This document shows positions 39,262-47,869 of a stretch of 64,000 bases of DNA, one piece after another. The position numbers and the translations under genes were made by a program. Each line of letters opens with the position of its first letter. Positions within the stretch are counted from its first letter, which is position 1. Location of the stretch: positions 124,001-188,000 of the IMG/VR virus record IMGVR_UViG_3300034104_003795, one strand, 5' to 3'. A model generated the notes under the pieces. It was not told where the DNA came from. It did not search any database and was given only the letters and a program-made list of their open reading frames with translations.

Positions 39262-40095
39262 TTATGCTAGTAAATGATAATATTCTTTAAAGTGTTTGAT
39301 ACGGTCTGGTAAACCAATTGTACCACCATTTACTCTTTTAGTAATAGATGTTACCACAGTATCATTTGCACCACCATCTGCCAACTTATTCAATCCATTT
39401 TTAGACCAGAACCAAGCTGCTGATAATAATGCGTATTGTCCACTAACTGCATCTGGATTATTTGCAATATCTTCACCAATTGCTTTACCGAATTGAGTGT
39501 AGTTATCTCTACCTGTTAATTGGATATATCCTCTACCTCTGAATTTGTAGCCATCACCACTTGCTTCAGAACCATTAGCCATACGATTTGCATATACTTT
39601 GTTTGCAATCTTTTGTGGTTGTCTAGCATATGGAGTTGCCGCTGCTTCAGTTGGGAAATATTTCTTAAAGATACCAGCCAATCCTTTAGCCGAATAGTTT
39701 AGGTTTTCTTGTGTTACTCTAAATCCACCACTCTCATGTCCACATTGTGCTAAGAAGTGTGCTAATCTTAATGGAGTATTAATTTGGAACTTAGCTGCCG
39801 TATCAGGAATCATAGCGATTACTGCATCAGGAATGTGTCCTTTTAATTTATCCAATTTTAACCCACCTACTGGTGCTATTGGTGCTGCTGGTGCCGGTGG
39901 TGGAGTTCCCTCTCCCATAATTTTAGCCCAAGTTGCATCACCTACAATACCATCTGCAGGAAGTCCATGTTTAGATTGGAATTCTTTTACTGCTGCTTCG
40001 GTTTTAGGACCAAAGTTAGTAACTGCCGGAGAGATACCTAATTTCTCCTGCATCAATTTTACGTTTTCGTTGTTATCACCTTTTTTTAATAACAT
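39262..40095 (-). CDS. Endolysin: peptidoglycan-binding domain plus GH19 catalytic domain
   Basis: FGPKTEAAVKEFQ..HGL.ADGIVG; AHFLAQCGHESGGF, FRGRGYIQLTGRDNY and KRVNGG. Confidence 0.92.
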   Translation of the reverse strand: MLLKKGDNNENVKLMQEKLGISPAVTNFGPKTEAAVKEFQSKHGLPADGIVGDATWAKIMGEGTPPPAPAAPIAPVGGLKLDKLKGHIPDAVIAMIPDTAAKFQINTPLRLAHFLAQCGHESGGFRVTQENLNYSAKGLAGIFKKYFPTEAAATPYARQPQKIANKVYANRMANGSEASGDGYKFRGRGYIQLTGRDNYTQFGKAIGEDIANNPDAVSGQYALLSAAWFWSKNGLNKLADGGANDTVVTSITKRVNGGTIGLPDRIKHFKEYYHLLA

Positions 40096-40102
40096 AATAA
40101 TA

Positions 40103-40531
40103 TTATTTGCGTTCTTCAGTTATAACCTCTTTTCCTTCACCAAAGTCAATTACTTCAAAAACTCTTGTTTGAATTTTTTTAGTACCTTCGGCGTTGGTTA
40201 ATATGATTGAATTTTTAAACTTCTGCCAATTGATGACAAAAGAAGTATCTAACACTCCACCATTTTCCTCTTTAACTAATTCGTTAAGAGCATTAATAGT
40301 ATAAAGTGAGTTAGACTCTTTTTTTCTATGTATTAAAATTGTATTTTCCAACGGAGTATCCGGTTGGAATGCTGTATCAATATTGTACGTGATAAATAAT
40401 TCATCTAAATTCGCCTTATTTTGGAGAATATAAATGTAATTATAAACGATGTGGTAAGTTTCTCTAATTAATTGTAATGTATTCTGTAACTCACCCTTCG
40501 TTGTAAACGTACATAGTAACTGTGTTTTCAT
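40103..40531 (-). CDS. Conserved-looking phage hypothetical protein
   Basis: 142 aa ORF preceded by the ATATTTAT motif. Confidence 0.7.
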   Translation of the reverse strand: MKTQLLCTFTTKGELQNTLQLIRETYHIVYNYIYILQNKANLDELFITYNIDTAFQPDTPLENTILIHRKKESNSLYTINALNELVKEENGGVLDTSFVINWQKFKNSIILTNAEGTKKIQTRVFEVIDFGEGKEVITEERK

Positions 40532-40592
40532 CCGCTTTTCCCTTTTCTTTTATATCATCTATAAATATGAAAAAACGGATGAAAGGGTATTT

Positions 40593-43500
40593 TTACATAC
40601 CCTTTGCTCGTTTATCAGCTTGTCTTTTATCAATTCTGTTAGTAATACAACTTCTTAAACCACCACCAAGTTTCTTTTCTACTTTTTGAGATGTACCGGC
40701 AGTTCTCCAAGTATCTTCTGCCAAAACACTAGTACCTTCTTCATTTGTAATTTCAATAGCTCTTGTTTGTGGATTTAGTTTACATCTTTGTAATAAGTGT
40801 TTATTTAGTAAATCTCTTCCTTCTTTTGTTTTGATTTCACCTTTAAATCCACTTAATTTCGTTAAACACTCTCTAAAGTCTGATGGAACTGAACCTCGTA
40901 TACCTGTGATAGCTCCTAAATTACCATCAAAGTTTTCAACCATCAAATCAAAGTGCATTGAATGCATTACAGTTGTAAGATATGCTTGTGTATGCGGACC
41001 ATTTACACCATCCTTTTTAGGATATCCAGCTACTTTATCTGCTTCCGCTATTGAATCTACTACATCTCTATGCACCGCTGCAGTTAATTCTTTTTCATCG
41101 TTTTTATTCTGAACTGCTTTTTTAACTGCAGAAGATTCAAAATTAATTTCAGTATGTTTTCTTACAAACGGTCCAACTTGCGCCAACTCACCAACTTTAT
41201 GTACAAATTTTCCAAATGGTTCGTATGGAGCATCATCGTTTTCTTTTGCATATTTTTGTGCAAGAACCAACCACTCTTTTGTTTCGGTTGGATTATATTT
41301 TTTATCAGATAACCATTGATTGAATTTTTTATGAGATTTCAATTGTCCCATATATTTTTTCATTTGTGGTGTATCACATACAGCAACAAAATCATCATTT
41401 AATTTCATTGTAGAAAACAGTCTTGTTGTTGCTTTTTTACTATTTGAAACTTTAAGTATTCCATCTTCAATAACACTTACAACCGTACCAGATACTTTAG
41501 GTCCAAAAGAATCTTTAATTAAATTTAAAGCATATTCAGGAGTTGTATTACCCCATATATCTTGTAAGTCATCTTGTTTTTTATTTGTAATACTGAACAC
41601 AGTTGTTCTTCCTTTCTTATCAAATCCAACTGCCATAGTATCATGGAATCCTAATTTGGTAAACGCATACACCTCGGCTTGATAATGTGCGATATCATCC
41701 TTATTACCTTTTGCTTTCGCTTGTTCTAATTTAGAATTCAAATGGTTTATAATACCATCATCATGTCCACCCTTCTTTGGGTCTGATTGTATAACAATAT
41801 AATCTTTGCTTGTATCAATTTTAGATTGTTCTTGAATTAATATTCTAGTTGATATTGCTCCATCAAAATCCGCTCTAGCCCATGCTCTAAACGCATCTTC
41901 ATCTTGTCCAAATCCTTGTTTTCCGGTTTTATACCATAATGAATTTTTATCTTTTTTCAATCTAGCCAATTCATTATCACCAAATACGATTCTTGCACCA
42001 ATATATTCTAAAACTTTAGCTTCATCCTTTGGTAAAACAAATCCCAATTGTCTAGCTACGGTTTCTATTGAACTTTTAAATGCTTTTCTATTTTTGCTAA
42101 TTTCACCAACTTTTTTAGCAACTGCGTTTTTATTTCCCGCTACATATCCTTCAAACCCACCAACTTCTTGTAATTTGTTTGCAAATGTAGTAAGTGCAGC
42201 TTCTCCATATGATGCAACAGGACCACCCGCTCCAGCTATTCCCTTATCTCTATCTGAAATCAATTTTGCATTTACACTTCTCAATGATTGTAAACTACCA
42301 TTATTTAATCCATTAGAAACTACCGATGGAGTTGAATTATCCGTAGTTACCGGTTTTGGTTCTGCCTTTGGAGTTGATTTTTTTAAATCTTTGGTTTGTC
42401 TAAATCCACTTGGAGCAATTGTTTTACCAACTTGTGCTTTTGGTTTAGGAGCTGCTGTTTTATTCTTATCTGCTTTTTCTTTTGCTGTTAATTTTCTTAA
42501 AGCACCACCATCGGTTTTATGTGTAATATCACCATCAGCTTGTTTAGAATAATACCCACCCCCTCTATGATAATATCCAGGATGTGTTTGAGATGGTTTC
42601 GGATTAGCTTCTTCAATAAATCCTTCAATAATTTGACCAATCATTTTATCAACTAATGGTAATAATTCTTCTTTCATTTGAATTTGTTCGTTTTTGTTTT
42701 TTTGTCTCCATATATCATCAACTAAATCAGCATGTCCCTCACCTGCAACTACAACCGGTATTTTACCTTGTGCAGATAATTCTTTTTGTTTTTTAATAAT
42801 ATTAAGGTCTCTTGCTTTATTAAATGCAACCTGAATATCATTTACTCCGGTTTCTCTATCGCCATTGTCTTCTGGAAATGATAATCTATATAGTGTATCT
42901 TTATCTTGTTCAGATGGATTATCCCAATTTCGTATTGGTGGGAATCCAGCTTCTTTAGCTGCATCTTGTAAGAATTGTTTACCTTCATTATCTAAAAATT
43001 TAGATGTCTCCATTGTATCAGTACCCTCACCTTGTCCAATCATACTAGCCCAATTACCAGCTTTGATTTTACTTTGTGAAAGGCCAGTTTGTTTCTCTTG
43101 TGATTTATATAATTCAGATTCGGGTTTGTGTACATCTAATGCATCTCCATCAAAACTATCCACACCCGCACCCATTTCTTTAAATTTTTCTTGTGCAGGT
43201 ATCATTTCATCATTGAACTCCAATTCACCACTATTACCGGTTGCACCACCTTCACCAACAAATACAATATCTTTCCACTTTTCTTTTGGTACGGTTGCTT
43301 TTACCTGATTTACAATATCATCAACCATTTTTTCGTCTCTATGAACGGTTCCAAAAAGGTATCCACCACCTTCAAATTCAATTGTTTTTATTTCTTTACC
43401 AGATGATTCACCTTTAAATGTTTTTACATTTGATTCAGGATCAGTTTCATTTGGTTTTACTTCTGCAGCTTTTGGTTCGGTTGGCGTTTCCTTATTAGCA

Positions 43501-44831
43501 TCTGCTTTTTTAGCTGCTATACCCATATCTTCTGCAAATTTATTACACATTGGGATAGCATCTTTAATATCCATATCAATTACCTGAACTTTCATTTGTA
43601 TTTGAGAATCTGAATGTGCTGCGTTATATGCCGCTATAGCTGCCCATCTATGATGACCATCAATTACATATCCATCTCTACTCACATAAATTGGTGCAGT
43701 AATTTTTTCATGTTCTGGATTTTCTTCCAATGCTCCCATCATTCCCACCACTTTAGCACCAACCAATTCAGATTGAGTTGCTTTTAATTTATCAGCGGGA
43801 ACTTCGGTTTGTGAAACGGTAATTCCTTTTTCTTTCAACATTTCTTTGAATACAGGTTCAGTATCTACTTCACCACTCGCATCAACTGGCATATTAGCCG
43901 CTCTACTACCCTCAATTGCTTTACCTTTAAATTGTGGCATCTCTGCTCTTGGAATACCTAAATTATCATCACAATATAAGTTAGTACCAGGCACTGTTAT
44001 TTGACAAAGGTTAATGTTTGGTGCTTTTTCACCTTTAGCCTTTGCATCGGCGACAATATCTTTTACTTTCTTTATATCAGTATTAAATTGTTCTAATTCT
44101 TTTTCGCCAATTCCATCTGGTATATCAGATTCACCACCAAATGTGTCAGGATCGGCTTCTGGTATTTCACTTTGAACATCTACAGCTGCTATTGGATTAA
44201 ATTCAGTTTCCTCTTTTGGTTTAACTTCTTTTTCAGCTTCCGCATCCTTTTCTTCATCATCTTTTGCCAATTGAGCAAGAGTTTCTTTTTCTTTATCTAA
44301 ACGTACTCCCATAGCAGGGTCTAATTTAGGGTCAAACATTGGAGCCGCTTTTTGAATTGGGTCTTCTTTTGGTTGTTGTTCCCCACCACCCTTATCATCA
44401 GTTGGTGTTTCTGGTTTTTCTGGTTGGTTTTCACCACCTAAATCTTTATTAATTGTATCTCTTTCCTCTGACCCTTCCGGTGGTAACATTCTTTCCGCTG
44501 CTTTTCTACCAGGATGTTCAGCCGGTAATCTCAAAAGGTTACCAACCAATCCTTCGGTATCTTCTCCTTTAGTATTTTTGTATTTTATACTTTTATTTAA
44601 AATAGGATTTTTAAATTGCTTATCCGCTTCTACCACATGCTTTTCTGGAGTTTTTCCTTTTTCAGTTAATAGATTTTCAACCAATTGGTTTTTGATATGA
44701 GATAGACCCATTTCAGAAAGCACAATACCCAACTCTTTTATATGGGTTGGGTTTTTTGGATTTGGCATTCCATCATCTACTCGGTATGCCCATTCGGTAA
44801 GAATTTCATTAATTAATTGAGATACGTTCAT
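40593..44831 (-). CDS. Large 1412 aa protein with an internal ParB/Srx-like domain (possible internal virion protein)
   Basis: KLKATQSEL...PIYVSRDGYVIDGHHRWAA, with low-complexity E/K/P linkers between domains. Confidence 0.65.
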   Translation of the reverse strand: MNVSQLINEILTEWAYRVDDGMPNPKNPTHIKELGIVLSEMGLSHIKNQLVENLLTEKGKTPEKHVVEADKQFKNPILNKSIKYKNTKGEDTEGLVGNLLRLPAEHPGRKAAERMLPPEGSEERDTINKDLGGENQPEKPETPTDDKGGGEQQPKEDPIQKAAPMFDPKLDPAMGVRLDKEKETLAQLAKDDEEKDAEAEKEVKPKEETEFNPIAAVDVQSEIPEADPDTFGGESDIPDGIGEKELEQFNTDIKKVKDIVADAKAKGEKAPNINLCQITVPGTNLYCDDNLGIPRAEMPQFKGKAIEGSRAANMPVDASGEVDTEPVFKEMLKEKGITVSQTEVPADKLKATQSELVGAKVVGMMGALEENPEHEKITAPIYVSRDGYVIDGHHRWAAIAAYNAAHSDSQIQMKVQVIDMDIKDAIPMCNKFAEDMGIAAKKADANKETPTEPKAAEVKPNETDPESNVKTFKGESSGKEIKTIEFEGGGYLFGTVHRDEKMVDDIVNQVKATVPKEKWKDIVFVGEGGATGNSGELEFNDEMIPAQEKFKEMGAGVDSFDGDALDVHKPESELYKSQEKQTGLSQSKIKAGNWASMIGQGEGTDTMETSKFLDNEGKQFLQDAAKEAGFPPIRNWDNPSEQDKDTLYRLSFPEDNGDRETGVNDIQVAFNKARDLNIIKKQKELSAQGKIPVVVAGEGHADLVDDIWRQKNKNEQIQMKEELLPLVDKMIGQIIEGFIEEANPKPSQTHPGYYHRGGGYYSKQADGDITHKTDGGALRKLTAKEKADKNKTAAPKPKAQVGKTIAPSGFRQTKDLKKSTPKAEPKPVTTDNSTPSVVSNGLNNGSLQSLRSVNAKLISDRDKGIAGAGGPVASYGEAALTTFANKLQEVGGFEGYVAGNKNAVAKKVGEISKNRKAFKSSIETVARQLGFVLPKDEAKVLEYIGARIVFGDNELARLKKDKNSLWYKTGKQGFGQDEDAFRAWARADFDGAISTRILIQEQSKIDTSKDYIVIQSDPKKGGHDDGIINHLNSKLEQAKAKGNKDDIAHYQAEVYAFTKLGFHDTMAVGFDKKGRTTVFSITNKKQDDLQDIWGNTTPEYALNLIKDSFGPKVSGTVVSVIEDGILKVSNSKKATTRLFSTMKLNDDFVAVCDTPQMKKYMGQLKSHKKFNQWLSDKKYNPTETKEWLVLAQKYAKENDDAPYEPFGKFVHKVGELAQVGPFVRKHTEINFESSAVKKAVQNKNDEKELTAAVHRDVVDSIAEADKVAGYPKKDGVNGPHTQAYLTTVMHSMHFDLMVENFDGNLGAITGIRGSVPSDFRECLTKLSGFKGEIKTKEGRDLLNKHLLQRCKLNPQTRAIEITNEEGTSVLAEDTWRTAGTSQKVEKKLGGGLRSCITNRIDKRQADKRAKGM

Positions 44832-44837
44832 AATTCA

Positions 44838-45443
44838 TTAAAATTTGTGGTCAGCCGGTTCACATATCATTTCTAACTCGTCCCAATGAAATTTTGGTTT
44901 TTCATTTAGAAATACAAAACATTTCCATTTATTTGATTTTTCAAAGTAAACATGTTTTTGTAAATATGATGGGATTGCTGCCCCAGTTGGTACTCTTTTA
45001 ACAGGAGTATCAAAAAAAGTTTTTATTAAAACGGTGATTGGTTCTACATCATCCCACTTACGAATTTGTTCTTCTAACAATCTCCACTCACCTCTATTAA
45101 GATATTGATTTTGCATTATACAATTTAGATATGAAAAAGTTTGCTTCAAATTTTCCATATTATCAGAAAATGATGCAGCAGGAGCTCCATGTCCTTTATC
45201 ATAAACATTTGCTTTATAATCATCTCCATCTGATGTTTTGATTGTTGGTTCTTTGTAGAAATCCATAGCTCCTCTATTCACATTTGTAGGTCTATTAGTT
45301 GAACGATATTTAATCACTAGGGGTTGTTCTAATGATTGTGAATAAAGTACTTCAAACACTTCATTCTTAATTCTCACATCCGCTTGTCCAATTGAAACCA
45401 AAGAAACGATTAAAAACGATAAAAGAAACATCAATTTTTTCAT
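44838..45443 (-). CDS. DNA/RNA non-specific endonuclease (His-Me finger) with probable signal peptide
   Basis: DKGHGAPA and QNQYLNRGEW; likely start MKKLMFLLSFLIVSLVSIGQA at 45443. Confidence 0.85.
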   Translation of the reverse strand: MKKLMFLLSFLIVSLVSIGQADVRIKNEVFEVLYSQSLEQPLVIKYRSTNRPTNVNRGAMDFYKEPTIKTSDGDDYKANVYDKGHGAPAASFSDNMENLKQTFSYLNCIMQNQYLNRGEWRLLEEQIRKWDDVEPITVLIKTFFDTPVKRVPTGAAIPSYLQKHVYFEKSNKWKCFVFLNEKPKFHWDELEMICEPADHKF

Positions 45444-45481
45444 ATTATAGCATATTTTTGTATATAATATAAATATGACTG

Positions 45482-46765
45482 TTATAACTTTCCGTAATCT
45501 AAACCCCAACTTGCTTTTACAGGAAACCCACTACCTTCAATGATTTCCTTCAATCCTTTAACCAATTCTTTATCCACATCAGTAGGAACATCAAAAAGGA
45601 ATGAATCGTATGTGTATAAACAAAACTTTATATCACTCCCCTTTATATAACCCAATACCTTTCCCATAACATCTACGTTCATCTCAGTCTCAACCGCTTG
45701 TAGTAGATAGTTAAATACTTTTTGTGGGTTAGCCCCTTCAATCCACTCCAAAGGAATAATACGATGTGGTGTTTGTAAGTATCCCAGCTTTTGTGTTTCA
45801 ATCCATAGGTTATCAATATAATCAGCTACGGCATTGAAATATGGAATTTGGCGGAAATCATCATCAATACCACCATACAATAATTGGAACGTAACCCCTT
45901 TGGATTCATCAACACTACACCCATATTGGTCAGCTAACCATTGGTGTACGTTACCATCCGGCATTTCGAACTTAATCAACTTACCGATAAGACGAGGGTG
46001 ATACGCATTATAATCCATTTGTAAGAATATCCCATCCGATACAAACACATCTCTACTACCATCCGATTTATTCAATGCCGCATAGTTCACACCGCCATGA
46101 CGATTGGATGGACGACCGGTTACGGTGAATGGATTGTATTCGGTATATACCACATCTCCTTTTAAGTGTTTCTGGGCTTGTGGCCATCTATCAATAAATT
46201 TTTTCTCATCGACCCGAACCCCATATCCCTCAATCTCTGAAAGGATGGGTAAGAAGATATCGTTGTACCAATTATAAGTTTTAGATTTTTGTCTATAAGT
46301 TTTTCTCAATTCCGGTTCTATCGCTTCCGCAAGTTTAAGAATGGGAATAGATTGAATGACATCTTCTTTGTAACCTTTGTGTAATAAGGGAGCTACCAGG
46401 TGTTGTAGTGGTTGTTGGTAGTCTATCGTTTCACCTGTTTTTAAGAAATAAGCGGTATCAATGTCATTCAATCCTTCCCTTATATTTTGAAACGATTGTA
46501 GTAGCTTTTTCTTTTGGAATACCCACTTATCCCCTTTTGTATTTAAGATACCCTCTATTAGTGATTTAGAGAGTGATAGAGAGTCTGTATGTTGATGTGG
46601 TAGAATATATCGGTCTGTCAAAGTTCTTACGAAAATAAAGGATATATGTGTGTTTCGTGGATGTTTATCATTATCCACCCACATAGGATACCAAACCGAT
46701 GGTTCAGTTTCCAAAATCCTCTTTAATTCATCAATCTCACCAATATTTTCTACTATCCTTATCAT
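45482..46765 (-). CDS. Compact family A DNA polymerase-like protein
   Basis: TVTGRPS, motif A MDYNAYHPR, motif B KGVTFQLLYGG, NYLLQAVE and motif C YDSFLFD. Confidence 0.8.
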   Translation of the reverse strand: MIRIVENIGEIDELKRILETEPSVWYPMWVDNDKHPRNTHISFIFVRTLTDRYILPHQHTDSLSLSKSLIEGILNTKGDKWVFQKKKLLQSFQNIREGLNDIDTAYFLKTGETIDYQQPLQHLVAPLLHKGYKEDVIQSIPILKLAEAIEPELRKTYRQKSKTYNWYNDIFLPILSEIEGYGVRVDEKKFIDRWPQAQKHLKGDVVYTEYNPFTVTGRPSNRHGGVNYAALNKSDGSRDVFVSDGIFLQMDYNAYHPRLIGKLIKFEMPDGNVHQWLADQYGCSVDESKGVTFQLLYGGIDDDFRQIPYFNAVADYIDNLWIETQKLGYLQTPHRIIPLEWIEGANPQKVFNYLLQAVETEMNVDVMGKVLGYIKGSDIKFCLYTYDSFLFDVPTDVDKELVKGLKEIIEGSGFPVKASWGLDYGKL

Positions 46766-47003
46766 TCTTATTTGCAGCCTTTGCTTTTTCTAATGTTGAT
46801 TGCTTTTTTGCCAATTTAGCTTCCTTTTGTTGTTTTTTCAACGCCTTCTCATAATGAGGCGGAAACTTATTTGTAACCTCTATCGGTCCATTTGGAAATT
46901 TTTTCAAATCATATTTCCATACGGATTCACACCCATCATCATCTTTATAGGTTATTTCAAACTTTGTAGGCTTTTCTTTTGCCGGTTCTGGCCACCTTCC
47001 CAT
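46737..47003 (-). CDS. Hypothetical basic protein
   Basis: The track start (TTG at 47021) lies inside the promoter, so ATG 47003 (MGRWPEP) is preferred. Confidence 0.6.
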   Translation of the reverse strand: MGRWPEPAKEKPTKFEITYKDDDGCESVWKYDLKKFPNGPIEVTNKFPPHYEKALKKQQKEAKLAKKQSTLEKAKAANKNDKDSRKYW

Positions 47004-47018
47004 ATAAACAAATTTATA

Positions 47019-47050
47019 CAAATATACGAAAAAATCCCCAAATTACCAAA
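47019..47050 (-). promoter_or_regulatory. Bacteroidota-type -33/-7 promoter
   Basis: TTTG-N20-TATATTTG. Confidence 0.7.
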
Positions 47051-47073
47051 TGTAAATTGAGGATTCAAAAAAA

Positions 47074-47460
47074 TGGTGGAGATGAGGGGAATCGAACCCC
47101 TGTCTTACGAAGTAATCATAATACCAGCATGTCACACGTTTAGGATAAAGTTTAATCTTATTTACTTTCCAAAATAATTGGGGCCGTATGGTTAGTACAG
47201 CTTTCCACCAACCTATCAGTTTTAGAGAGCCGATAGGTAGAGCTCCTTTTTGTTCACTTCTTTTTTAAACCCCATGAGTGATACGGGAGGTGATTAGGCT
47301 GCTACAGCTAAATCAGCACCCATGAATGACATTACATCATCAAAGGTCCAAGTAGATAATTCTACGTCAGTTATTGTTTTGTACAGATTTAAAGACATCT
47401 AGCACTTCTGTCTACGTGTGGTACTACCATTCTCATCGCAATCAAATCCATGGCATCCCC
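47074..47460 (-). ncRNA. ssrA: tmRNA (387 nt); predicted tag (A)DVELSTWTFDDVMSFMGADLAVAA*
   Basis: 5' GGGGATG pairs with 3' CATCTCC-A-CCA (G3-U wobble, encoded CCA). T-arm GGGG-TTCGATT-CCCC. ATAACT precedes the resume codon GAC. Tag ORF 47294..47368 ends AA-stop. Confidence 0.92.
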
Positions 47461-47471
47461 ATATAATTATG

Positions 47472-47503
47472 TAAATATACGAATAATAATTTAGATTACC
47501 AAA
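47472..47503 (-). promoter_or_regulatory. Promoter for tmRNA (variant -7)
   Basis: TTTG-N20-TATATTTA, 11 nt upstream of the mature 5' end. Confidence 0.6.
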
Positions 47504-47869
47504 TTATTTTATTTTTGCAAACTGCAAAAGATTTGGAAGATATAGTGAAAGTTTTGGCATGTTTTCTAATGCTAAAGAAATTGATTTTTTATTAGAATCC
47601 ATAATATCTTGTGGAGTTCCGATAATTCTCCATTTTATAGATTGAATTTTATATAGCCCATTCGATTGTACTGCATCCTGAAAGTAATTACTTATTTCAT
47701 ATATAGTAGCGTCCGTATCGTTTACCTTTTGTAAAAAGTATCTAACAATATACCCTACTGCATAATCATTTTCATCCGGAGTTGGGACATGTGTCTTTAT
47801 ATCTAATTGTGTAATTTCATCTTCATTTGTTGATTTAGCTCTAACATATGTAATAATATCTATTGCCAT
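47504..47869 (-). CDS. Hypothetical protein at the end of the baseplate operon
   Basis: Start MAIDIITY overlaps the upstream stop; contains PTPDENDY..GYIVRYF. Confidence 0.65.
   Translation of the reverse strand: MAIDIITYVRAKSTNEDEITQLDIKTHVPTPDENDYAVGYIVRYFLQKVNDTDATIYEISNYFQDAVQSNGLYKIQSIKWRIIGTPQDIMDSNKKSISLALENMPKLSLYLPNLLQFAKIK

Noticed and set aside
47074-47110. tRNA gene suggested by the T-arm and CCA end
   Set aside because: There is no anticodon arm within tRNA distance. The matching 5' acceptor strand is 387 nt away, so this is the tmRNA 3' end.
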